IMG/VR virus record: IMGVR_UViG_3300038312_000327
Span: 1-64,000 of that record
Direction: 5' to 3' (one strand)
DNA from: a virus
Taxonomy: Duplodnaviria > Caudoviricetes
DNA length: 64,000 nucleotides
The notes below the pieces were generated by a model. That model made no database searches. It saw only the letters and a program-made list of their open reading frames with translations, and was not told where the DNA came from. Of this stretch, positions 36,192 to 45,592 are shown piece by piece. A program made the position numbers and the translations under genes. Every line of letters begins with the position of its first letter. The stretch's first letter is position 1.

Positions 36192-37304
36192 ATGGAAAGA
36201 AGTCTAATTAAACAAGTGAACCGGAAAAATATGGAAGCGCGCCTGAACACCCGTAAGGTGAAGCCGGTGTATTTCCCCAATTTTTTCGGAATTAAAGCTA
36301 AAACATCCCTGAAGTGGGAAACCCTGACGGGTGAGAAGGGGGCGCCGGTAATTGCTGATGTTATCAGCTACGATGCAAGCGCACCTATTAAAAAGCGTGA
36401 GGTGGTTGGGAAAATGTCCGGTGACATTCCTAAAACTGCTATCAAGCGTGGTATGAACGAAAGTGACTGGAACGAGTACAATCAATTAGCACGTGATGCT
36501 TCTGGTGATGCAAATCAGATGGCTATTCTGGACTTGGCGTTCAAAGATCAGGACTTCGTGTACAATGGTGTTCGTGGTCGCTTCGAGTGGTGGGCTATGC
36601 AGCTTATGTCGAATGCTGGTTTCGTGCTTAATGCAACCAACAACAACGGTGTTGTAACTGAAGAGTTCGTTGGGTGCGGAATGCCTAACGTTAACAAGAA
36701 GAAAGCTGCAACCAATTGGGCTACTGCTGCAACAGCTGACGGGTTGCAGGATATTGAGGACGTGATTGTAGCAGCTGCCGCCGATGGCGTGAGCATCAAG
36801 TATGTTATCATGAGGTCCGATACTTTCTCTTTGCTGAAGAAGCAAAAAGCAACTGTTGACAAGCTGAAAGGCTGGGTGAACAACACGACGAAGCTGACTG
36901 TGACCAAGCAAGTAATCAACGATTATCTTGCAGCTCAGGAAAAACCAGTTCAGATAGTCATTGTTGATCCTGCAGTACGTATCGAGGATAAAGCTCACAA
37001 GCGCACTACCGTGAACCCCTGGGAAGCTAATCGTGTGACATTTGTGGAAGACCTGCAGGTTGGAGATATCCAACATGGACCTATCGCAGCAGAAAGCTCT
37101 CCGGAATACAAAAAGCTGGCCACGACCGTGAAGAAAGACTTCGTTTTTATCTCAAAATGGTCAGAGCTGGAACCTTTCGGCGAATGGACTAAAGCTGAAG
37201 CAAATGCCATTCCCGTGATCAATGATCCGGACGCTATGTATATTCTGAAAACGGATGCTCTTGATTGGCCGGAAGGTAATACGGAAGCAACTGACGAAGA
37301 ATAA
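36192..37304 (+). CDS. Major capsid protein (gpE-like)
   Basis: 370 aa; APVIADVISYDASAPIKKR; typical position. Confidence 0.85.
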   Translation: MERSLIKQVNRKNMEARLNTRKVKPVYFPNFFGIKAKTSLKWETLTGEKGAPVIADVISYDASAPIKKREVVGKMSGDIPKTAIKRGMNESDWNEYNQLARDASGDANQMAILDLAFKDQDFVYNGVRGRFEWWAMQLMSNAGFVLNATNNNGVVTEEFVGCGMPNVNKKKAATNWATAATADGLQDIEDVIVAAAADGVSIKYVIMRSDTFSLLKKQKATVDKLKGWVNNTTKLTVTKQVINDYLAAQEKPVQIVIVDPAVRIEDKAHKRTTVNPWEANRVTFVEDLQVGDIQHGPIAAESSPEYKKLATTVKKDFVFISKWSELEPFGEWTKAEANAIPVINDPDAMYILKTDALDWPEGNTEATDEE

Positions 37305-37309
37305 TCCCG

Positions 37310-37642
37310 ATGACAGTTAAAGATGCAATATTGTCTTATCCAGGCCTTGCGGATTTTCCGGAAGGGTATCTGACCGTGATACTGGCCAGCCGCTCATTAA
37401 ATGTGGCGGCTGAGCTGGAGACGGTTGAGATTAAGACTGTCAGCCTTGCTATCGCTGACGCGCTGGCTGCTTTCGTCAATACTCCCAATTTCACCGAGAA
37501 CAAGCTGTCTGTAAGCTATCCGAGGGAATACTTCCTCAATACTGCAAGGCAGCTGTATCGGGAGAATGGGGAACCTGCAAAAGCAAGTAACCTGGGAAAG
37601 AAGATTTCAGTTCCAATTGGTAAGGCAAACAACAGATGGTGA
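37310..37642 (+). CDS. Head-tail connector/adaptor
   Basis: Position after capsid; size. Confidence 0.55.
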   Translation: MTVKDAILSYPGLADFPEGYLTVILASRSLNVAAELETVEIKTVSLAIADALAAFVNTPNFTENKLSVSYPREYFLNTARQLYRENGEPAKASNLGKKISVPIGKANNRW

Positions 37643-37938
37643 AGAGATACCCTCATATCGCAACAATAACCGGTGAAACGGGTGGTAGCCTGGTTAACGG
37701 TGAATGGGTAGAGGGTGCTCCATTTTCTGTTGAGATCATAGGCCGTTTTGATCCTGTCGATACAAACGACGTCATACGCACCAATACCGCCGGGGACGAG
37801 ATTACTGTTCGGGGCGAATTCTATACTCCTGTAAAGAAGATAGAGGGAGCCACAATCCTGGAAGTGCCGGAATTGGGGATAAAACGTAATATCATTTGCT
37901 GGTATCCTTGGCAATCGCATAATGTAATTTCAGTATGA
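37636..37938 (+). CDS. Head closure-like protein
   Basis: Position and size. Confidence 0.5.
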   Translation: MVKRYPHIATITGETGGSLVNGEWVEGAPFSVEIIGRFDPVDTNDVIRTNTAGDEITVRGEFYTPVKKIEGATILEVPELGIKRNIICWYPWQSHNVISV

Positions 37939-38417
37939 GTAAGAAAGCAGGTATTACACCAGTATTCACGAAGTCTGATTTGAACAAATGGTTCAAAATC
38001 TTTGAGAATGATGTTCATGCAAAAACATATACGTTATTGCAGGCAGCCGGGGAGATGTTTGTCAAATATGCCCGTGAAAGCGGAAGGTACATCGACCATA
38101 CCGGCAATCTTCGTTCATCGATCGGCTACGTGATAATCGAAAATGGAAGCATTGAAAGCGATAATTTCAAGATTGTTCATGCCGGAACAGATGGAAAAAA
38201 GGGTGTGGAAAAGGCGAAAAAACTCGCACGTCAACTCGCCAATACTTACAACACGGGTATGGTCCTTATCGGTGTTGCCGGAATGGAATATGCTGTTTAT
38301 GTTGAAGCGATGGAAAGCAAGGATGTAATTACGGCAGCCAATATCAAAACGGAAGAATGGATGCGGAAGTCGATCAAAGCGGTATTCGAAAAAGCAGGGA
38401 TATATGGACGAATTTGA
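37935..38417 (+). CDS. HK97 gp10-like neck/tail completion protein
   Basis: DHTGNLRSSIG and GMEYAVYVE motifs. Confidence 0.75.
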   Translation: MSKKAGITPVFTKSDLNKWFKIFENDVHAKTYTLLQAAGEMFVKYARESGRYIDHTGNLRSSIGYVIIENGSIESDNFKIVHAGTDGKKGVEKAKKLARQLANTYNTGMVLIGVAGMEYAVYVEAMESKDVITAANIKTEEWMRKSIKAVFEKAGIYGRI

Positions 38418-38805
38418 TATAATAGACCTGGTATACACCCACGTTGCGGCAGCCAATACCGGTCTGCCAATTTACAAGGATAGATCTGCTACAGGTGTGG
38501 ATGAAAACCACATTGTTATTTCCGGGATGGAGTTTCATGAATTTGACTGGCAAAACAAAATGCCCGTGAACGTGAATATCTTCATCAAGTTATCCGCTCA
38601 ATCAGGAATGCCGAACCGTACGCTTATGCGAGACGCGAAAAAAAAGATCCGAGCGGAGCTAAAGAAAATCAAGCCCGAAAATGGACAATATCGTGACGTT
38701 GAATTATCAGGTTCAGTAAGATTAACCGGTGCGAAAGAGAATTTCGATTGCACAAATATTAAAGTAATTATTAACACTCAAAAAAATATAGAAGATTATG
38801 AGTAG
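38404..38805 (+). CDS. Tail terminator-like protein
   Basis: Position before the tail tube gene. Confidence 0.5.
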   Translation: MDEFDIIDLVYTHVAAANTGLPIYKDRSATGVDENHIVISGMEFHEFDWQNKMPVNVNIFIKLSAQSGMPNRTLMRDAKKKIRAELKKIKPENGQYRDVELSGSVRLTGAKENFDCTNIKVIINTQKNIEDYE

Positions 38806-39343
38806 ACCTATTGCAATGGGCGTAAAGGAAGTACGCCATTTTGACGTTGGTGACGGCGTTCCCGGCACCGCAAATCCAAAGACAATGCCGAATCCGTCGG
38901 AAAATGCGGTTGCATTCAATTTTTCTGATCCGGAAGAGGTCCGTATCCCGATTGAAGGTACGGACGAACCATTGTATTCTCACTTCAAGAAAGGATCAAC
39001 GGATTACGTTGAGGTATCCTACCCCACACCCTCCAATGATATAATCAAAGAGGTCATGGGTGGCGTGCATAACGAAGGTACCGAGGCCGCCCCTCTCGAT
39101 GAATGGCAGGAAGCTGTCAGCATTCCTTCGATCAACAAGACAATCGAGATCGAATCAATGCCGATCAACGGCAAAAAGGTTATCTACACGATCGTGAATG
39201 CGAAAATTGTGGCTAAATTTTCACAGGCTCCCACGAAAGATAACGTCGAGCTGCTGATGGTAAGGTATTATAAGCAGGCTGCCATATCTGCAGCCGGTGT
39301 GCAAGGGTACGCTTTCTCCAGGAAGGTTGTAGCCGTTCCTTAA
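38798..39343 (+). CDS. Major tail (tube) protein
   Basis: Position before chaperones; followed by a hairpin terminator. Confidence 0.65.
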   Translation: MSRPIAMGVKEVRHFDVGDGVPGTANPKTMPNPSENAVAFNFSDPEEVRIPIEGTDEPLYSHFKKGSTDYVEVSYPTPSNDIIKEVMGGVHNEGTEAAPLDEWQEAVSIPSINKTIEIESMPINGKKVIYTIVNAKIVAKFSQAPTKDNVELLMVRYYKQAAISAAGVQGYAFSRKVVAVP

Positions 39344-39411
39344 TTCTCTCTTTGTCATTTTTGATTGGGCCGGGCGTTATTGTCCGGCCTTTTATATTTT
39401 AAAAGAAAAGT

Positions 39412-39939
39412 ATGATTAAAGAATTTGTACAACTCGAAACGAACACAATAACTGAACAGCCGCTAAAAATACCATTCGATTTCAGTAACAGGGAAAGCCT
39501 GCCGTCGGGCAAGGATCCAGGAGATTGTATTGTGATTTCACCGATAACGGTACGTACGTGGTTTAAACTGAAACCTCTTTTGCTGTCGATCAACAAATCT
39601 GATTTTGATAAGATCGTAGCTAAAGAAGATCCACTTCCGGAAGCTGAGTTAACCGGGATCATTTCAAAGTATGATGATCTTCTAATTGATATTCTCTGTA
39701 TCGGTATCCATAACAAAAAGAGTGATCCCCCGGCATGGTTTAGGGAAGTACTGAAAGACAATTGCACCTGGAAAGACATCTACATCCTGTTGAATGCGAT
39801 TCTCTTTCGTATAGGTTATAACCCTTTTTGCAAATCTATCACGACCGTTCAGAGCGTGAGCCCGATGGACGAAGCGGAGATAATAGCCGCTCGAAGAAAT
39901 CTCGAAAGCTGGATGAAGACAGACCAGTCAGCGGAGTAA
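39412..39939 (+). CDS. Tail assembly chaperone (G-like)
   Basis: Follows the tube gene; contains C CCT TTT slippery heptamer. Confidence 0.65.
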   Translation: MIKEFVQLETNTITEQPLKIPFDFSNRESLPSGKDPGDCIVISPITVRTWFKLKPLLLSINKSDFDKIVAKEDPLPEAELTGIISKYDDLLIDILCIGIHNKKSDPPAWFREVLKDNCTWKDIYILLNAILFRIGYNPFCKSITTVQSVSPMDEAEIIAARRNLESWMKTDQSAE

Positions 39940-40199
39940 TGTTCCTTGTGAATGCCCAGGAGGCGCTTGGTTTAACATACGGACAAACTCTCGACAGTAG
40001 CCTTACCCTTATCCGGGCGATGCTGTCAGAATATTCTTACATGTGGAATGAGCGCAATAAAGAAGAAAAGACCGGGGAAGATGAGGGCGGTGAATTTGAA
40101 TGGATAGAACTTCCCGATTGGGATGATCCATCAAAAACCAACCGGGTGAAGAAATACAAGGACGTTGGGAAATTCATACGGGCAGAAAAGAATATATAA
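39828..40199 (+). CDS. Tail chaperone T-like frame (reached by -1 frameshift, or by ATG 39939)
   Basis: -1 frame opens immediately at the slippery site; TAATG overlap at 39937-39941. Confidence 0.55.
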   Translation: MQIYHDRSEREPDGRSGDNSRSKKSRKLDEDRPVSGVMFLVNAQEALGLTYGQTLDSSLTLIRAMLSEYSYMWNERNKEEKTGEDEGGEFEWIELPDWDDPSKTNRVKKYKDVGKFIRAEKNI

Positions 40200-40342
40200 G
40201 TTATATTTTAAATTGTCCCATTTCAAACTGTGATTCATATTGGTTTTATTTAGTTATTGTCAGGCCGGTTGTTCGTGAGAATAGCCGGCTTTTTTATCCC
40301 GAAAATAACGATCGGGTATATTTTAATAGAAACAAATTAAGC

Positions 40343-40816
40343 ATGGAAAAAATTTTCACACAATTAGGGAGTGCACTGCATACCGCTTATGGTTGGTTTA
40401 TTGCATTAATGGTATCCGCTTTTACATTCATTCAGCCTGAGATTTGGAGTTTTGTTGTTGTAGGATGCGCAATCTTATCCGATTTGGGCTGGGGTATTGC
40501 CGCAGCAATAAAATTGAAGAAATTCATCCTTTCAAAAGCTCTTCGAGAGACATTCAAGAAAATCGGGATCTATGCCTTTGCGCTTGTGGGAACATTTGCA
40601 ATCGAAAGGATAACACATGATCAAGGGAGTTTTATCGCGGTAAAAACGATAGCACTGTTCGCGGCTGTGTGTGAGTTCTGGAGTATGTCTGCAAGTATGT
40701 TGATAGTAAAGCCGGATATGCCATTCCTTAAGCTATTTCGTGGCCAGCTAAAGGGCGAAATTCAATCAAAAGTGAGTAAGAATGTGAATCTGGATGAAAT
40801 TCTTAAGGACGAATGA
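40343..40816 (+). CDS. Holin
   Basis: Several transmembrane segments; ATGA overlap with endolysin. Confidence 0.8.
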   Translation: MEKIFTQLGSALHTAYGWFIALMVSAFTFIQPEIWSFVVVGCAILSDLGWGIAAAIKLKKFILSKALRETFKKIGIYAFALVGTFAIERITHDQGSFIAVKTIALFAAVCEFWSMSASMLIVKPDMPFLKLFRGQLKGEIQSKVSKNVNLDEILKDE

Positions 40817-41397
40817 ATTGCAGTAGATTTTATAAGGCAGTACAGGCCGAGTTCTTCAATGGCCGGTTAAGTCAGCAACAGACTGATGGGATGGCCGCCA
40901 TCCTTGAAAGATGGAATTGGAGCAGTTTTACGGACCTCAGGTGGCTTGCCTATATATTTGGCACTGTTTACCATGAAACAGCCCGCACGATGGCGCCTAT
41001 CGAAGAATACGGCAAAGGAAAAGGTCGGAGATACGGAAAGAAGATCAAGCAATCTGGCCAACCATATACGACACCAGATCATATCTACTATGGCCGGGGA
41101 TATGTGCAGCTTACCTGGTTCGAAAACTACGACAGGATGGGCCGGATACTGGGTATCCCATTGCTTCAGCATCCTGAGCTCGCTCTGGTGCCTGAGCATG
41201 CGGCAGATATCATGTTTGAAGGCATGACAAAGAGCGTGTCGTTTAAAGGTGATTTTACTGGACACTACCTTGAACAGTATTTTAATGATACAATGGAAGA
41301 TTGGATCAATGCCCGCCGGATCATTAATGGCCTTGATCGGGCCGAACTGATTGCTGGATATGCTAAAAGGTTTCACGAAATACTTAAATCATCATGA
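40813..41397 (+). CDS. Endolysin, GH19-like glycoside hydrolase
   Basis: YHETA..YYGRGYVQLTW..ARRIING. Confidence 0.88.
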   Translation: MNCSRFYKAVQAEFFNGRLSQQQTDGMAAILERWNWSSFTDLRWLAYIFGTVYHETARTMAPIEEYGKGKGRRYGKKIKQSGQPYTTPDHIYYGRGYVQLTWFENYDRMGRILGIPLLQHPELALVPEHAADIMFEGMTKSVSFKGDFTGHYLEQYFNDTMEDWINARRIINGLDRAELIAGYAKRFHEILKSS

Positions 41398-41900
41398 AGA
41401 AATATATACTCATAACACTTGCCTTCATCTTGCTTGCCTGTGGTTCAAAGAAGATATCCACGAACTCGAATATCAAGGAAAAAACTGAATTCGATTTGAA
41501 AAATAACAGTGTTTCCAGTTCAAAGGTGGATTTGGAAAAGCAATATACTAATGCTACAACGAACGAGAGGATTGTGACTATGTACGGAGTCCGATTTGAC
41601 ACGATCCAAGTGGCCGGTAAGCCCTATATCATCCCGATATCTTTCCCCACTCAGAAAGAGGAAAACAGGGATATTAACGTTGAAAATTACTTGTGGCGTA
41701 TGAATACACGGGATAGCATTCAAAATGCTGTTCAATTAGAGTTTAAGGGTATACTCGAGGAAAAGGAGAAGAAAATTACTGAGCTAAAAGAATCCACAAT
41801 AATTTATCAAATAGCGTTACTTATCCTCTCAATTTTAGGAATTGTAATGCTTGTTTTATATTTTATAGCAAAGATTAAAGCCAAAAGAATATTGTTCTGA
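41394..41900 (+). CDS. Probable unimolecular spanin
   Basis: N-terminal lipobox LLAC plus C-terminal transmembrane helix, directly after the endolysin. Confidence 0.65.
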   Translation: MKKYILITLAFILLACGSKKISTNSNIKEKTEFDLKNNSVSSSKVDLEKQYTNATTNERIVTMYGVRFDTIQVAGKPYIIPISFPTQKEENRDINVENYLWRMNTRDSIQNAVQLEFKGILEEKEKKITELKESTIIYQIALLILSILGIVMLVLYFIAKIKAKRILF

Positions 41901-41956
41901 TTTGCTCATGTTGTTGTTTGTTGCCCCTCGTTCGTGTAGCGAGGGGTTTTCTATTG

Positions 41957-43237
41957 TTACTCGTCCATTTCCTGTGTTAATCTTTGAGCAACAGCTTTAT
42001 CTAATAGATTTTTCACTAATCCCTCTAGATTTTTATTTTTTACTATAGCCGAAAAAGTCATTGCTCCCATTTCAATGAACAGTTTTCCCATTAATTCATC
42101 AGCGAAACTACTTGATACAACTGGAACTCCGTCCCAATCAACAACAATTGGGAGTCCTTTCTTTGCTGTTAACAAATTTAAAATTTTATTCCTAATTTGT
42201 AGTCCTGATTTTCTGGATCCAAACCCTGTTGACTCTTCTTTCATTCTAAGTAAAAGGCAATTGGATTCAGGAACTTCATATTTAAGATCAATTATATCCA
42301 GAGGATAATAATTTTCAAAATTATCAAAGCTTAAAGCTTCCGAAATTGAAAAATCATCAACAATATTTATTTCACCACTAACTAAAGTTCCATCGTATCC
42401 AGCAGGACTTAAACGTTTTCTAGTTGTTTTATTATCTGTGATAGTCAGCCTTCCATTTCCACTAAGAATTTCAAGGGAGCCCCCAGTCATAGTCGTAATT
42501 CTTAAGGATCCTGCAAGTCCATTTCCTTGCCCAATTTTGGAATTTCTTGTAACACCCGCTTTGATTGCCTCTCCTATTGCGTCTAACTCTGTTCTAAGCT
42601 CCGGGTATCCTTCTTGCATAGATTTCAGTATACCTATCCCTGAATCTGATACAGCGAATAAAATCTTATTTTCTTTATAGTGAGTGCTTGCTTGAATAAT
42701 TCCTCCGTGTTTAGATTCAGAATGATTCAATACATTATCTGTTATTTCATTTATAGACCATTCAAGACCAGATGTGATATCTTTAGGAATTCTCATCGTC
42801 CTTAACACAACATCCATAAAGTCATTCACTGATTTTTGCTGTTCTTCTGCATTCTCGAAACGTCTAGTAACTAGATGTCTGTCATAAATTGAATCTGACT
42901 TTTCGAACTGATCGGGAGATAAATAGTGAGCCCAGTTAACTGATCTGAATAACTTTCTCGTTTCATAATCTAGAGGAAGACGAACTTCAACTTTAACACC
43001 CGTCTCTCTTAAATCATCGATAATACAAATTACCGGTAACATTCCGTCTGCAAATACTTTTTTAACATACATGAAATCTACTACTACTGAATCAAACTTC
43101 AGTTGTTTGAAATAATTAACTGCAGAGCTAAATTGCAAGACTGAATACGTATTTATTTTATTAGTGAAAAAGACGATGCTATTATGTTTTCTGATATAAC
43201 GACAATTCGAATATCTTTGAAATGAAGTGTTTCGCAT
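41957..43237 (-). CDS. STAS-like + GHKL ATPase/kinase + DUF4325-like fusion (moron)
   Basis: EITDNVLNHS, AVSDSGIGI, GNGL; C-terminal DWDGVPVVSSSFADE. Confidence 0.75.
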   Translation of the reverse strand: MRNTSFQRYSNCRYIRKHNSIVFFTNKINTYSVLQFSSAVNYFKQLKFDSVVVDFMYVKKVFADGMLPVICIIDDLRETGVKVEVRLPLDYETRKLFRSVNWAHYLSPDQFEKSDSIYDRHLVTRRFENAEEQQKSVNDFMDVVLRTMRIPKDITSGLEWSINEITDNVLNHSESKHGGIIQASTHYKENKILFAVSDSGIGILKSMQEGYPELRTELDAIGEAIKAGVTRNSKIGQGNGLAGSLRITTMTGGSLEILSGNGRLTITDNKTTRKRLSPAGYDGTLVSGEINIVDDFSISEALSFDNFENYYPLDIIDLKYEVPESNCLLLRMKEESTGFGSRKSGLQIRNKILNLLTAKKGLPIVVDWDGVPVVSSSFADELMGKLFIEMGAMTFSAIVKNKNLEGLVKNLLDKAVAQRLTQEMDE

Positions 43238-43278
43238 ACTGAAAGAGTGTATTAATAGTTAATTCACAAAAATACACA

Positions 43279-43761
43279 TTATTTTAAATAAATCTTCATT
43301 TCATCAATCGCTTCTTTCACACTTCGGACGACTATGTATTTGCTCCCGCAATTCTCAGCTTGTTTCTGGAACTCTTTCTGTTCCGGAGATTGCTTACCTG
43401 TCTTTGTCTTGAACTCGAGGCAAAGGCTCGCAAAACCGCCTTTTGGCACTAGTAGAATGACGTCGGCTACACCACTCTTCACGCCTTGTCGTTTCAGGTT
43501 TGCAGCTTCGATTTTATTCCGGGAGCCGCCATTAGGTACGCTGAATAAAAGTTTATCCGGAATTTGCGGAAAAAACAGTTTCACTCGATTGAAAAACTCG
43601 CTTTGAATATCAGCTTCCTCGCTTGAGTTTCTTCGTTTCTTCTTCTCCGCTGCATCCTTTTTATCCATGTAGCATTGATAACATATATAGCCGGTATCGG
43701 CAGAAATAACCGAAACTGTTTCTTTTTTACAGGATATACAGGTTTGTTTATTCGGGGACAT
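43279..43761 (-). CDS. VRR-NUC nuclease
   Basis: GVKSGVADV..LEFK..QSPEQKEF. Confidence 0.88.
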   Translation of the reverse strand: MSPNKQTCISCKKETVSVISADTGYICYQCYMDKKDAAEKKKRRNSSEEADIQSEFFNRVKLFFPQIPDKLLFSVPNGGSRNKIEAANLKRQGVKSGVADVILLVPKGGFASLCLEFKTKTGKQSPEQKEFQKQAENCGSKYIVVRSVKEAIDEMKIYLK

Positions 43762-43799
43762 TTATTTACTTTTGGGGTAAAATATAAATTATATTTACC

Positions 43800-44396
43800 A
43801 TGAAAAAAGGATGGATTATTCTTATCATATTTTCAATCTTATTGACTGTTTGTTTGTATTTCTATCAATTTAACAAAGGGCTATCAATCAATTCCAGTGA
43901 TTGGGGAAGCTTCGGAGACTACGTGAACGGGGTTTTATCACCAATTCTCACGATTGTTAATATTTGGGTTTTTGTGAGATTGACTCAAGTAATTAATTCA
44001 AGTGATAAGAAACAAAAAGAGAATGAATTGTTACATCAAAAGAAGCTTGTATTTATACAAATACTTCAAAATGAATTAGATAAATTTTCCTCGATTATAA
44101 ATGTAAAAATAATATATCATCCTGATGATAAAACTGGGTATCTTGTTTATCAAGCAAAATCATTCCTGACGTCGTTTGTTGAAACAAAAAGTAAACTATT
44201 TCCTATTATTGATAGTGTCAAATTTGAAAAAGTATATAATGATTTATCAATAGCATTAACAAAATATCAGGAAACATATAGCCCGGCCACATTAGCTGGA
44301 AGAGAAGAAGTTGTCAGCCTAATACAAGAGCTAACAGAAAATATAAATGCTATCAATTCAATGTTACAAGAATTTGTACTATCCGAAATTCAATAA
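43800..44396 (+). CDS. Membrane protein moron
   Basis: Two N-terminal TM segments flanking SSDWGSFGDYVNG; opposite to neighbours. Confidence 0.75.
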   Translation: MKKGWIILIIFSILLTVCLYFYQFNKGLSINSSDWGSFGDYVNGVLSPILTIVNIWVFVRLTQVINSSDKKQKENELLHQKKLVFIQILQNELDKFSSIINVKIIYHPDDKTGYLVYQAKSFLTSFVETKSKLFPIIDSVKFEKVYNDLSIALTKYQETYSPATLAGREEVVSLIQELTENINAINSMLQEFVLSEIQ

Positions 44397-44401
44397 AATG
44401 C

Positions 44402-44695
44402 TCACCTTACTTGTTCAATTACATCATAACCTAATGCAACAGCGATATCCCTTTCAATTCTGGCCCCTCTGGAATCTTTCCAATTACTCAATAGGTAGAT
44501 AGTATTACATTCCATCAGAAGCTTGATATCAGCCTTCATGTGATGTTCCCATTTGTCATTTTGTGACAAACCGTTATTTAAAGGGTTAACAACTTTAAAC
44601 CCTTTCTCTTCAAGTCTGTTTTGAGCATTGTAGAAATTGTCCTCTACTTCCTCAAATGGCAGTCCTGTGATCTTACCTGATATATAGATTTTCAT
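44402..44695 (-). CDS. DUF4406-family (NDT-like fold) protein
   Basis: KIYISGKITG..VVNP..SRGARIE; start re-placed at ATGA overlap. Confidence 0.8.
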   Translation of the reverse strand: MKIYISGKITGLPFEEVEDNFYNAQNRLEEKGFKVVNPLNNGLSQNDKWEHHMKADIKLLMECNTIYLLSNWKDSRGARIERDIAVALGYDVIEQVR

Positions 44696-45261
44696 TTCAC
44701 TCTGTCCCATTCACTTTCCATGATCGTATATCCGCACTTATCGCACTCATGAATATATGTCATAAATGGAGAAGTATTCTTTACTTTTGCACACTGAATC
44801 TGTCCACATTCAGGGCATATAATTTCCTCATAATTTTTATTCCAAAACCTCAATTTACCTTTCACTTTCAGTAATGGTTTATCAAATAAAATAGGATCTG
44901 CAACGACCCAGTTCCAAACGCATTTGTCATCAAGCTGATCTGGCAAAGATGTCTCTTCCGCCCAAATACTCGGATGATTGACTACACAATCCACAAATCG
45001 AACTGAGCCGATAATGGCAGAAATAATTGGCAACTCATCAATTATTTTTCTTGCTTGTTTTTCAGGAATAGCCATCCATTGCTCTTTTGTAAACAAATCA
45101 TCAGATAATGGGTGTAGTTTAAATGCAGGTTTCGCACTCGCATGAATCAACACCCTTTTTCCTCTGTATTTTTCTGGTAGCTTCCACGTTCTGTTCTCTA
45201 TGTCTTTAATCCCGGCACACAAAAGGTATGCCCAAGGCTGTTTTACTGTTATTACTTTCAT
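44692..45261 (-). CDS. ASCH-domain protein with C-terminal Zn finger
   Basis: ITVKQPWA..KDIENRTW; CPEC/CDKC. Confidence 0.85.
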   Translation of the reverse strand: MKVITVKQPWAYLLCAGIKDIENRTWKLPEKYRGKRVLIHASAKPAFKLHPLSDDLFTKEQWMAIPEKQARKIIDELPIISAIIGSVRFVDCVVNHPSIWAEETSLPDQLDDKCVWNWVVADPILFDKPLLKVKGKLRFWNKNYEEIICPECGQIQCAKVKNTSPFMTYIHECDKCGYTIMESEWDRVK

Positions 45262-45272
45262 TTCTTTATCTA

Positions 45273-45356
45273 TTAAATTACAACATCATCACTCAGGCTG
45301 TAAACGATATGCCGCTTGACAAACAGCCTCCATCTTGCTTTTAGTCGTGGTTTCAT
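45273..45356 (-). CDS. 27-aa basic microprotein (not in ORF track)
   Basis: ATGA overlap with 45353 stop. Confidence 0.35.
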   Translation of the reverse strand: MKPRLKARWRLFVKRHIVYSLSDDVVI

Positions 45357-45592
45357 TGCTTTACCTCCTCCCATCGATAAATCGAATTACATGTCTTAAA
45401 TGTATTTTCGTCGATTATTTCCTTTACGAAACTTGTGCGGAACCATCCGCCAACCCAAAAGCATTTACCGACTTCCGGTTTGCCGTAAAAAGGACCTGTT
45501 ACTGTATATCCAGTTTCTATATTATTCTGGTGGATTGCGTCGGGCAATTCGTCTAATTTTGTCAATTTGATTTGAATTTCGTTCATTATCAC
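45353..45592 (-). CDS. Hypothetical protein
   Basis: Operon context. Confidence 0.6.
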   Translation of the reverse strand: MIMNEIQIKLTKLDELPDAIHQNNIETGYTVTGPFYGKPEVGKCFWVGGWFRTSFVKEIIDENTFKTCNSIYRWEEVKQ

